Of a stretch of DNA of 64,000 nucleotides, positions 22,945-34,421 are shown piece after piece. Origin of the DNA: Candidatus Bathyarchaeota archaeon (GTDB taxonomy: Archaea; Thermoproteota; Bathyarchaeia; Bathyarchaeales; Bathyarchaeaceae); NCBI GenBank assembly GCA_963697165.1, contig CAVOMX010000009.1:1-64000 (forward strand), read 5' to 3'. Under the pieces are notes generated by a model. That model saw nothing but the letters and a program-made list of their open reading frames with translations. It ran no database searches and had not been told where the DNA came from. The translations under genes and the position numbers were made by a program. The number at the start of each line of letters is the position of its first letter. Within the stretch, counting starts at the first letter, position 1.

Positions 22945-24986
22945 TTGAAAATAAGTAAAAAAAACGAACGAATGTTCAAGAGTTGGATGGCTGAAAGGCT
23001 TTTTAGTTGTTTATACTTACTTTTACATCTTTGTGACATCGAAAAACAAACTATTTGTTTTGAAGAATACTATTGCAAAACAAAAAATAATAAACTTCCA
23101 AAAAAATTTCTAAACGGTTACACATTTGCACTTAATGCTTTACTTCACACGATAATTACTGAGTTTATTCGAGAACCTGGAAGCATCAGTCTTCGAAGAA
23201 GTGAAAAAATCGATTGGGCATATCTTTTTGGTGATGAAACAAAAACTATCCATAAATTATCGCATCTGTCTGCTCAGGGTATTTTAATAAAAAATCTTCT
23301 ATTCTTTCGCAAGAAAATCCTTGAAGCAAAAAACTGGAATAAACTCAAGTCCGAAGTTTATGGTCTCCAAGATTTTTTAAATCCTCTCCAGGAAATCTTT
23401 CTTAGTTGTTATGTTGGAAAGCAAAAAGGATCAAAGCAATATATGGATCCTGAAACTGCTTTAACAACGAAATTTCCTGGAGTCCTCCTTGTTTTTCTTA
23501 ATGATGAAAAAAATTTAGAAATAGCCTTTAGAGAAATGTACCGTCAGCATAAGCCAACATTAACGTTAAAAAAATTAAAACAACCCTTGGAAGTCAAAAG
23601 TGAACAAATGTCCGATAGACTAGAGATGTTTCATAGATCAAGTCAACTCGATGAAACAGCAAAAGCAGAAGTTTTTCTTGACGGCTTCAAGTTTGCAAAC
23701 ATTTCGTTGTGGCGACTAGTTCTTGGGAAAATTGAGTTTTCAAAACATGAAGAGATTTTTCGAGAATTACAAAAGGTGGAGTCTTGGTCAGAGTTTGATA
23801 ATGTTTTTGAAAAAATCAATGATAATATTGTATTTGAATTTGAAGAAAAAAACAAAACAAACCAAATCCATTTGCTTCTGCCAAAGAAAGTTCCTAGCAA
23901 TCTTAGACACAAACTAATAGTTCCAATTCATAAACCAAAATCGGTTCAAACACAATTGTCTGATATTTTTCACAACAGACCTGCTAAAATAATTGGTTAT
24001 GAAGGAGGGAATGGAGCAACTCAATTTTGCACTCTTTTGAAAGGACTTGCATGTCTTCAGATAATTGAAAAAATGCATGAAAAAGTTAGTGTAATAGAAT
24101 TTATCCATAGCCTGAAAAACCGTGGTAACGATTATAGTTACGCAGTATTTATGCATGCATCAAGCAACATTGCAGATTATTCTAGATGGTGGGTTTTCTA
24201 TCGATGTGCAACTGACCATTCTGGTTTTGGTGGTCAGTGCTATAGATATATTCATTCTGTTCTTGAAGAGTTAAAGGACTTCTTACATGTTAAGAAGTTT
24301 TCAATAGATGAAAAGAGTTTCTTTGAATACTTCAAATCAAATTATGTTCGATTCATCGAGAAGGAGTGTGAAACAGCAAAACACATTAACAGTGGCTTAC
24401 GAGGTGCTTATCTTGAGTTGCTAGTAGCGTTCATTTTCATTAAAAATGGCTTTGAAGTACATCTTCGACATAGATCAAAAGTTATCGGGAAAGAAATGGA
24501 TATTGTAGCAATGAAAAAGGAGAATGGGAAAAATATTGTATATGTAGTTGAGTGCAAAGAGCGCTCAGTAATGGTAGACCCTGAGGAATTCGATCGAATT
24601 GCTAAAATTATCATCAAGAAATTAAGAGAAGAAAGCGACGGCATCATTGGTGTATCTCCATCTGATGCAATGTTAAAAATAATTGAAGATTTTAGAAATG
24701 AAAAAGTAATTCCTTTAAACAATAATCTCCGCAAATTTGCAAAAGAAATTGGTTTTCCCTATGATGATAGAATGAAATTGATTGGAGTCGTTGCAACCAC
24801 TAATTATTTGAAGATTCGATTAATATTTATCCTGACATAGAGCTTTGGACTTATTGGACTTTAAAAGAAAAAATACGTGATTCGAAAATAGATCCCAGCT
24901 TCATCAAGATAATTGAAAAACACTTGAAAGGTAACGTAGGGCGAACGATAAGCGATTTACATTTTTCAAAAGATTACTTTGATTAA
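22945..24986 (+). CDS. Large protein with C-terminal PD-(D/E)XK restriction-endonuclease-like domain
   Basis: GAYLELLV...EMDIVA...VVECKE motif. Confidence 0.6.
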
Positions 24987-25064
24987 GTACCTATTGTCCT
25001 CGAGAATAATTTCACAATTCAAGGAGAAGGAAAAGAAATCATGGAAAATTTCGATGGATGTCAC

Positions 25065-25690
25065 ATTACCTCAGAGTCATGCAATAAGCTCGAAGGTTCT
25101 CATAAAATTGGTCTTCTCTAATAAAGAGATTTAGCGTATGCACTTGCCTAAGATTAAATTTTAATCCAACAATTGTATCAAGCACTAATGAGGAAAATGT
25201 TTCCCTCAACGATCTATTTCTTAAGACAACTACGTATCTGATAAGAATTTAGAACATTATACATTTGATTAATTCTTTTCTCTTTTAGGTCATCAAATTT
25301 TGTTATCCCTAAGTTGTGGGCAAAATCGTTTCTAATTTGGTTTATGACTTTAGCACCATCAAAAAACTTTCGGGGGAGAAAACCTCATCTCTTTAGCTAC
25401 ATCTATTTTCAAGGAATAAGTAAAATCGATTCTTTCTGCTAGCTTAGATGATGTGTATTTAGGCATAATCTCTGCAGATAGTTGTCAACTATGTTTTCAA
25501 CCAAAAGGTTGGCTACTAAGGCATACAACCTATCATCATTCAGCAAGGCAAGACGTTTTAAGTAGCTTTGGTGTTCAGCAATTATCTTAGAAAATTCTGA
25601 CTCTGTTATAATTTCATATATTGGCTTGTAAAAAACAGCTTCTCCCTTTTCGCAATCGAAATCAAGAGGTTCAGGGCATATATTAACCAT
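25065..25690 (-). CDS. HEPN (MtlR-like) domain protein, frameshifted
   Basis: DDRLYALVANLLVE followed in a shifted frame by INQIRNDFAHNL (RxxxxH). Confidence 0.6.
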
Positions 25691-25882
25691 TAATTTTCCC
25701 TCTTACTAATGTGTTTTTTCTATATTTATTTTGGTTGCGTGATAAAGTGACTGACTGTGTGTGTTTTTTGTGAAGAGAGAGTTAGTAGGAGAGATGTAGA
25801 GAGAAGGATTTAGAGAGTTATTGGGTTTGGGGTTAAATTTTAACCCAACCAACGTAAAAGTATTTTCCCAAAATTTTAAGAA

Positions 25883-27739
25883 TCAGATATCTATTGCCTC
25901 AGCGTAAGTTGCACGGATAATTTTATCTCCGAACAAATTTTCAAAGAGTTCTGGGTTCATTGTATGAATGGGTATGATTTTTGTTGGATTAATTTTCTGT
26001 ACAAGTTCTTTGAGTTCATTTTGTGAAGCGTGTCCAGAAATGTGCTGTCTAACGAAAACTTTTATTTTCTCATCTGAATTTTCTTTTTCTTTCAATTCAC
26101 TTTCATATTTTACATTGAAAGTAGTCGAGCCAATTCATGAATTTGGATTCATCAATTTCCATCTCTTCGTTGAAAGGTTCGGTGGAAGCCGAAATGTATT
26201 TGGTTTTATGGTCCACCGAATCTTTTGGAATTAGGTCAAATAGTTCGTTTGCGTCCCAGAATGAGAACATTAAAATGTACTTTGATGGATCTTCTCTAAT
26301 CTGATAAGCTCGGACCCCATTATTGAGATGATGTGTTGCTAAGTCATAGATTTCTTGGAAATCATATTCTTCTCCCTCACTTGATTCAGGCAAAGGATTA
26401 TTGGCATTATGTTGGATCTCCACCAAGACCTAATCTTTCTGCAATGCGAACAATATTGCAGTCCTTCTTCGCCACGTTTCTTCCGTGGAAATGCAAATAA
26501 CCCATCTTGAATTTGTCGTAATCCGTCTTAGAATACAGAGAGTCACCTTCACGTTTAAGATACACTCTCAGATTAGACATTGTTACTCGGATCATCATAT
26601 TCGGTGGGAAAATTAACATGCATTTCATAAAGTAGATAAGCAAGCTTTGGTGAAATCACAAAACTTCTATCATTTTGAATTGCAGCGTCATAAATGATTT
26701 TGAATCGTGATAGATCTTTCCAACCAAAATTAATTAGAACCAGACCCTTCAGCTTCTTCAATTTCTGTATTAATTTTTGCTGCTATGTCTGCTTCTGTTA
26801 GTATTGTCTCACTGTCAATTCGAGTCCCCTCAGTAATCATAATATCAATTTTTCCACCGACTTCTTGTGCATATTCATCTATTGAAATATCATTTTCACC
26901 ATGGAAACGAAGGTCACCTGTGTATAAGATCCGTTTTCCTTCTGGTGGAACCGTTAATAGTATTGAACAAGCTCCAGGAACAGAATGTCCAACTGGTATC
27001 ATTTTGTATGTGATGCCTTTGATTTGACCTTCTGAATTAGTTTGAAATAAGTCGATACTTGGGTTCCGTTTCGTGAGTGAAACTAAATTTGGTTTTTGGA
27101 TCATAGATAAGTGGATTTCCTTCCTCTTTTACTTTTGAATATTCACATTCACCTGGACAAAGAGTCTTGTAACTCTCTGACTTTTGGGTTATCATATTTT
27201 CTTTTCTAATTTCGTAGAATTGCGAATCAATATGAGAAGTCGAAACATCATTTATTGTCTTGGCGAGAATCTTTGCTTATGTTACTACAGTAGATCGGTA
27301 TTTTCGGATCTAGAAAACTTATGTCTTGAATATGATCGAAATGTGCATGAGACACAAAAACGGCATCAACAGCTGGATTTTCTGAATCACATGGACATAC
27401 ATTTTCCATTGTCCAATAGTCTGGAGCTTCATCAACTGGAACTTTATCTTTTATTTCATCGTTTTCGAACATTGTGGTTGCATCGACCAGATGCTTTGCA
27501 TAAATACCATCAATCTTTGGTAATATACCGAGCCTGATCATGTCTCTTAGAGCATTTTTTGATCGGATTTGAAGAAACTCTGAAAAGTAATCTTGTGTGT
27601 AACCCATTCTGCGACCAAAATCTAATAGAACAGAACAATTATCTGTTTCAAGTAGAATTTTGTTTCCACCTATTTCGTCAACTCCACCATAAAAAGTAAT
27701 TTTAGACAAAATTATATCTCCCATAACTAGGTTATGCAA
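25883..27739 (-). CDS. MBL-fold beta-CASP (RNase J-like) hydrolase, split by several indels
   Basis: GGVDEIGGN, SHAHFDH, GHSVPG, YTGDLRFHG, HISGHA, IIPIHT motifs. Confidence 0.8.
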
Positions 27740-27852
27740 ATCGTATAAAATCTTATTGTTTGGAAAGAGGAATAAACAATAAGAAAATATTACCCAAAAA
27801 CTAAAATATTAATTAATTAAAATCATATGTATTATTTAACACGGGGGATTTT

Positions 27853-27984
27853 TTGTCAGATTGTGTTTTAGTTAGAGAAACTTGTGGAGTAGCTTATCCT
27901 TCAAGAAAAATTTGCGAGCAGGAAAAGAATTGTACGTGTTGGAGCAAGGTAGGCTGTAGAGGTATCTACCCGAGAAAAGGATAG
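27853..27984 (+). CDS. Possible 43-aa six-cysteine peptide
   Basis: TTG start after a GGGGG RBS-like run; LSDCVLVRETCGVAYPSRKICEQEKNCTCWSKVGCRGIYPRKG; 13 bp before the next gene. Confidence 0.35.
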   Translation: MSDCVLVRETCGVAYPSRKICEQEKNCTCWSKVGCRGIYPRKG

Positions 27985-27997
27985 ACTAACGATTGGG

Positions 27998-28522
27998 ATG
28001 TTAATGGCTAATAAAGAGTCAAAAAAAGAAACAGAAATAGACCAAATTGCTAAAACTTTGGAAACGATTTCATTAACCTTAATAAAATCTAATAAGGAAA
28101 CTGAAGAAGATCGGATGGCCAAGATGTGGTGCAAAGTAAAGTCCGACCTTTATGAAAAAGGTCTTGATGATCTTGATGCTACTGCTAAATCTCTTGTTAC
28201 TTTGTCTTCGGCTTTGATTACGGTAGGATTTACTGTGATAGGAGGATTGGTTGGTACTAATTTATTGAATATGTCTATTGAATCACTTTGGATTGCATTG
28301 TTAGGATTCGGCTTTTTTATGGTATCAACCCTTCTAAATATTCTTGTTATATTTAGGTGGCCACTGAAGATTGAACAGTTAGCTGAAGCTTTTGATATAT
28401 CATCAGCATGGGTTAGAATACGTGATAAAAAATATCAATATTTAAAATGGGCTTACTTATCTTTTGGAGTTGGAGTAATTTTTGTTACAATAGCAATTTT
28501 CTTCTTAATTTATCTCGGATAG
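27998..28522 (+). CDS. 3-TM protein resembling Pycsar-type (DUF5706-like) membrane effectors
   Basis: D..AKSLV-TM, TM ending in P, IRDKKYQYLKWA-TM pattern. Confidence 0.5.
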   Translation: MLMANKESKKETEIDQIAKTLETISLTLIKSNKETEEDRMAKMWCKVKSDLYEKGLDDLDATAKSLVTLSSALITVGFTVIGGLVGTNLLNMSIESLWIALLGFGFFMVSTLLNILVIFRWPLKIEQLAEAFDISSAWVRIRDKKYQYLKWAYLSFGVGVIFVTIAIFFLIYLG

Positions 28523-28751
28523 ATAAACATGAAGAATCATAGAGTTGCATTATCACACCACTTTTTGGCATAAACCAAAATCAATTAAAAACTTTCCTTC
28601 ACGTATATTTCTCAACGGATAGTCGGAATATGGGTAAAACCCATTTGCCTGCTTTTTGTTCCCCTAACCATCTTTGAGTCTTATGAGAATTAAGTTTTCT
28701 CCTGATGACATCCCATATTATCTTAAAACAGTAATTAAAAAAATTGTTACA

Positions 28752-31700
28752 CTATTTTACGTGCGTAATTCTGGGGTAAATTTTTTCGATATTCTCCAAT
28801 CCTTTTGTAATGAGATAAACCATTGCTTTAACATGAGCATAATACATGTGTGAAACATTATAACCGAGTTCTCTGGCAACTACACCAAACCAACGGTAAG
28901 GAGAGTCTGAACGATTTGCATTGAAAAAGAGTTGCCCTTTTTCGTTGTATCCATCAGTTACTTCTTTGGCAACACAAATATTAACAGTCTCTGGATTGCA
29001 GCCCATAACCTCTACAATCGTCCTTGTTAACTTTCTCAATTTTTTAATCTTTTCAATTGATGGGATTTCTATTCCTTTCTCAAGATAAATTTCTTCACCA
29101 TCAACAGATGTTAGTTTCCAGTCTTTAGGAGAGATCATTTTTACCTCAACAGTATACTTAAATGCAGATGGACTTCCGATCGATACAATAGCTTTTTTCG
29201 CTCTATAGCTCTTGTTTTGGTAAAACTCTTCTTCCGAAGGTGTTTCTTGCTACGACTTTCGTTGCCTCAGATCTTGCCCGAGCTAAGTTAACTAGCAAGT
29301 CTTCTGATGTGAGATTTTCCAAATCTATGGTTTTTTGTTTCGTTTTTAGAATTTCTTTAGGTTTTTTAATTTCAAAAGATTCCTTATGGATTTCTACTTT
29401 TGGCGGTAAGAATTCGGGAACATGTTCATGCATATGTGTTTCTCGATTGTATGGACTAACACCCATTATTTGTCCATGTGTAAGTAGCATCGGAATTGCT
29501 AAGTTCCATCCAATTTTATTTACAGCAGGATTCAGACTGTTTAGAAGATTTAATGTTAATAGACGTAAATGTTCAGGTTTGTGAAGCTGAAATGTTCTAT
29601 CCAAATAGAGGGCACTTATGTTCTTTTCGTAACAACAAACATCATGAATTTGCTGTCCGTTATGTTTTCCATCCCGACCTTCCAACAAATATAAAACTTC
29701 TAGATTATTTACACCATAAACCTTCATTTGTTGAAATTCAAGATTATAATCAGATAACTCTCCTGTCAATGAGAATTCCAAACCATCAAGCCAAGGTAAT
29801 ATAGATTGAAATTTTTCAGTTAGTGCTTCGTTAAAAAAAACCTTACTTTCGTCTGTTCTTCTAACGGATAGAGATGTGGCAATTTCGTTCATTCCCAAAC
29901 GGAGATATAATTTCTCATGTTCTGCGCATTCAGCCTCAATAAGTGGAACTGATATTCCTGTTCGGATTATTCTTTCGTAAATTATTTGTTCACTTTTTCG
30001 TAAAAGAAAACATTCAGAGGGTAATCTTAGTCTTGGTTCCGAAGTAACGATAACCTTCTTATTGCTTAATTTTTCGATATATTTCTCAGGTATTGTGTTT
30101 ACAAATTGAATGACCTTAGAGTAGGAATAACGAAAAAGGTTAATTTGCCAGGATTCGGGGACTTCATCTTTTATATTATCAGCTGCATCAGCTAACCATT
30201 CCAAGTAATCATACGGATTTTGGATGGTACTTTTTATGTCAAGTGCCAAACACAACCTGTTTATTTTGGACAATTTGTTATTTTTTAGATAACCTCTAAG
30301 CCACCCATTAGGACCGAAGCAGTTACTATAATCATGCAAATATAGCTTTTTAGGATTCCACAATCTCCCTTTGAACCATATTGTTCTATTATCCCGCAGT
30401 TTCTGCAAGTGATCATTGGTTAGTAGGTTTACTCTTCGATTTAAAAAAGAGTAGACTTTAAAGTTTATTCGTTTATCCGATTCACCTTTTTCTTCTCCTC
30501 TTTGGTTTAGAATAAATTCGATAACATCATCTAGGCGAGCTTCAGTAAGTAAGCCAAGGACCTTGACAAGATTCTTATTCTTTGGACTTCTTATAGCAAG
30601 GAATTGTTTTGATCTACCTACGAGTTCTTGTGTTCTTTTTTTAACATAAACGTCAGTTGGATATTCAAATTTCATTTTATTAGAAGGCATCCATCGGTAG
30701 TTTCTAGATTTCTGTAATTCTTCGGTGTGTTTTGAATAATATTTTTTCCAATGACTATCCAAAAATGTAAGAACTCTCTCTACTCTAATAGCGTTTTTTG
30801 ACGAAAATTCAACAGATTCCATTTCCTGAGCAATTGTGATGATAACATTAACATTTGGAAGGTCTTCAACTCCAAGTTTCCTAAAAAAGCTTTTCCATTT
30901 TATTTTATCCTTTTTCCCTTGTTCTTCATATCTCGGACTGAGGTAGTTGAGTTTTTCTTGAAAAATGGTTTTTAGTTTGATGTCTGAAAAAAAAATTGGA
31001 TACTCCGTCTTATCAGTATGCTCCGTTATAATAATATCTTGGATTTTTTCCTTAAGATCTTTAATTATGGCTGGTTTTCGGATTACATCACGTTGTCGTT
31101 TCACAAGGTACCAAACAAACTCAAATTTTTGTTCATTATTATATGAATTAACTCTTGGCAAAAAACTATCCAAGATCAAATGGTTCAAATCGATTTTTTT
31201 TACTTTCAGCTTTTTTTGAAGAAATCTTCTAGCTGCGATTGTATTATATGTCAAGTGATGAAGTATGTCATCTTTGTTAATGAGAGGCATCTTCTCATCT
31301 GTCGGAAAAAAAACTTTGTATTGAAAAGAACGAAGAATTCCTTCCTCAGTCAGCAATATACAAATTTTCCTTAGTTTCTCTATTAGGATAGACGGTATGG
31401 AGTTATTACCAAGATATTCAAAAATTTTCTTAATTTGGTTCGATTTCTCTGATTTGTTGCTGTTATAAGTGGAAGTTCCATATTTAGATTCAAGATAATT
31501 CACAAAATTCTCTAGTCCATAATCGTTTATGTCATAAGACAGAAACACTGAAGAATAATTCTTGAGGGACGGGTGAATCAAATAGATTCCTGAATCGTCT
31601 TGGAGGACTTTATGGAGTCCATTCCAATTCATGTAGAGTTGGTCATTATTCCGCCAAACATTTTGAGCAGTATAAAATAGTCGGATTTCTCCAGCTTCCA

Positions 31701-32862
31701 CCTTTTTCTTAAAAGAATTACACAAATACTCATCGAATAAAGGCTGAAATTGAGAATATGAGGGAATTAGCTCACATACGGTTCTTGGATTTACTTTTCT
31801 TGAGATAAGATCTTCAAAAACAAGTGATAAAAGAGTGGCAATATTATCCATTTGCCAAAGGTTCCAGTCTCGTTTCAATCCTTCTTTAGTGACAAATTCA
31901 CTTCTACCTGACGTAGTATAGAATTTTGATGTATTATATTTGAAATTAAGATCAGTGGGGATTACGGGAAGAGTACAATATGCATAATTTTTTGTGATCA
32001 ATTGTTTTCTTATTCTTCCTCCTGTTAGATTTATAGGGATAGCTAGTTCCACTTTTTGTTCTAGCTTTTGCTCTAACGCATTGAAGTTCGGAGGAACCGC
32101 TAGTCCTTGGAGAGAATAAAAAGACCAATTTTCCATACTCCTTTTTTTTCGTTCATTTGTTTGGGATATTATGCGAATCGAAACTAAATGACGTTTAAGA
32201 TTTTTATTGGTATCTTCTGTGTGACTAATTTTTTTGGAAACAGAAAAAAATTTTTCTCCCTTTTTATATGCCTCGATTTTTCTAACAGTTTTTAGGAAAA
32301 AAATATCTTGATATACTTCCGAGAGGAGTTGCTCTTCAAATTTTTTTAGTTTCTTTAGATCAAATAGTTCTGCGTTTATCTTCTTGGAGATTTCAGTTTC
32401 AGCCAAACGAAGAGGTAAATAAAAACGGGTAATTCTATTAAAAGGAACTAAACTTATGGATGGGACCTCGTTAATGTGAATTTCAAAATCCCAACCATTT
32501 GAAATAATTCTTGGTTTATCAGTAATGTGAAATACAGACGTGAATCCTACACCAAAAGTTCCCGTTAATTCTTCTTCTGTTTTCCCTATTCCTATTTTAG
32601 ATATCCGATAAAAATCGGAATCTTCTATTTGGTTGACTTCACTAGGCTTTGAAAAAGGATCTCCATCATTTTCTACTATAATTTTTTCATCGTCAATTCT
32701 AAATGTAACTGTAGTTGCATTAGAATCATCGGCGTTTTGGATAAGTTCTCTTATAATAGGCATTTCTCCTGGGTATTCATCAATCCCTATTGCTCTAATC
32801 GTGCCAAAAGTGTCAGGTTTATAAACAAAGTCTTTCAAATCATAATCTGGAACGTCAATCAA
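28752..32862 (-). CDS. Sacsin-like GHKL ATPase protein with zincin-like C-terminus (1219-aa and 128-aa ORFs, probably one gene)
   Basis: RELIQNADD, VENDGDPF, TGTFGVGFTSVFHITD motifs; tail GYNEKGQLFFN..WFGVVARELGYN. Confidence 0.7.
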
Positions 32863-32987
32863 AAAATCACCCCTATTGTCTCAAAACATAAATGTCAAGT
32901 TACATAGTTATATTCGTTTTTCACCAATTGTAGAAAAGTAAAATATTCTGGAACATCTATTCGCTAATTCAAAAAATGATTGTAAAC

Positions 32988-33100
32988 TAAGGGGTAAATT
33001 TAGACCTATAGTTTTACCCCTTATGATTTCTTACTGTAAGGGGTAAAATTAAGTCTCGATTTTACCTCTTATGTTTCCTTACTGAATAGAGTGGTAAAAT
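32988..33100. repeat. Tandem ~48-bp repeats each containing an inverted repeat TAAGGGGTAAA..TTTACCCCTTA
   Basis: Units 32988-33036 and 33037-33084 plus a degenerate third unit. Confidence 0.8.
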
Positions 33101-33406
33101 AGTGTCTTGCTTCTGCCCCGAGTCAATTGTGCTTTCAATTCACTTCATTTTGTGAACGTGACTTTCATATGCTGACGCTACCTCTTTTTTTATTTACAGC
33201 GTCAGCTAAAACAAGTTGGTTGGTTGGTTGGTTGGTTGGGTTAAATTTTAGCCCCCACACACAGATGTACGTGTTCGTGTTCGCGTTTACGTACGTGTAC
33301 GCGTGTGTTTACGCCCGCTCGCCTGCTCTCTCACTCACACGCCAAAAAAAGAGAATAAAAACAAGAACTGAAATGTTATTAGTGAATTATAAAACAAAAG
33401 GTATCT

Positions 33407-34291
33407 ATGAAGAGAGAGGACATATCTGGACAACATATCTTTTCGGCTAATATTTGGTCAAAAATGCTTTCCAATGGAAAAAAATTAGTTGAAAATGGAT
33501 ATTCGGAGAGTGCCAATAAACCTAATTTGTTCTATTCCAAAAAAGACTATGGAATATTTTTTGCAGACATGAGAGGAACTAAGCTAGCACCAATTTGGAA
33601 TGATCCTCGACCTCTTTTCTATTGGATATTCGATAATGACCAACCTTTATGGAAACATAGGAGACAAATAAAGGAGGAGTTATTGAATCTGGAAAAAAAT
33701 AATGTAGAGTATTCATTATGCTTAGTTGTTGAGAACCTACTGTTTGAACAGAGTAATGTGATTGGGGATGAAGTGAATCTTATTTTTCCATGGTTTGATG
33801 GATTTTGTGAATTCTGTGGAAAAGATTTTCAAAACGATGGACGATTTTGCTCGATAGAATGTGAAAAAAAGTGTATAGAAAAAATTGAAAACGAGCAAGA
33901 AGAACAACGGTTATGCTTGATTAAAGAAGGTCCATTAATCGAATGTTGTGTTTGTAAGAAAAACACGCAAGAGAATCCTGAAACTGTTTATCACAAGCAT
34001 CATGTATCATATTTTCCAGAAGAAATAGTGATAACTTGCTTAAGTTGTCACCAAGCGATCCACAATACAGAAGAATATCCGCATTTAAAACCGAAAAATA
34101 TTCGATTATTAGCTAAAGAAATAAGGAAACTGGAAAGAATAGCTAAAATTGAATTAACAAAAAAGAACGGTACTTTTTCTAAAAATTATTGTTCTCTATG
34201 TGAAAGAGAAATTAAAATTAACCAATCATACTCGTTTTATTGTGGAAAAAAAATTCACACAAAATGTTTTGATAATAAAACAGATTTATAA
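33407..34291 (+). CDS. Cys-rich protein with HNH-like nuclease motif
   Basis: CxxC pairs and HKHHVSYFPE..TCLSCHQAIH. Confidence 0.6.
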   Translation: MKREDISGQHIFSANIWSKMLSNGKKLVENGYSESANKPNLFYSKKDYGIFFADMRGTKLAPIWNDPRPLFYWIFDNDQPLWKHRRQIKEELLNLEKNNVEYSLCLVVENLLFEQSNVIGDEVNLIFPWFDGFCEFCGKDFQNDGRFCSIECEKKCIEKIENEQEEQRLCLIKEGPLIECCVCKKNTQENPETVYHKHHVSYFPEEIVITCLSCHQAIHNTEEYPHLKPKNIRLLAKEIRKLERIAKIELTKKNGTFSKNYCSLCEREIKINQSYSFYCGKKIHTKCFDNKTDL

Positions 34292-34421
34292 AAATAATTC
34301 CGTTTTTACAAACTTTAGTCTTCAATCGGAGCGATGTGTCGTTTTTATCTTCCCTGCTTCCAGAATTCTATATAAACAAGAGAAAATGTTACTCGATAAC
34401 TTCGCAAAACCCAAAACAACA

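Noticed and set aside
32988..33120. Possible mini-CRISPR array
   Set aside because: Only 2-3 units, variable parts of ~13 bp are too short for spacers, and there are no cas genes.
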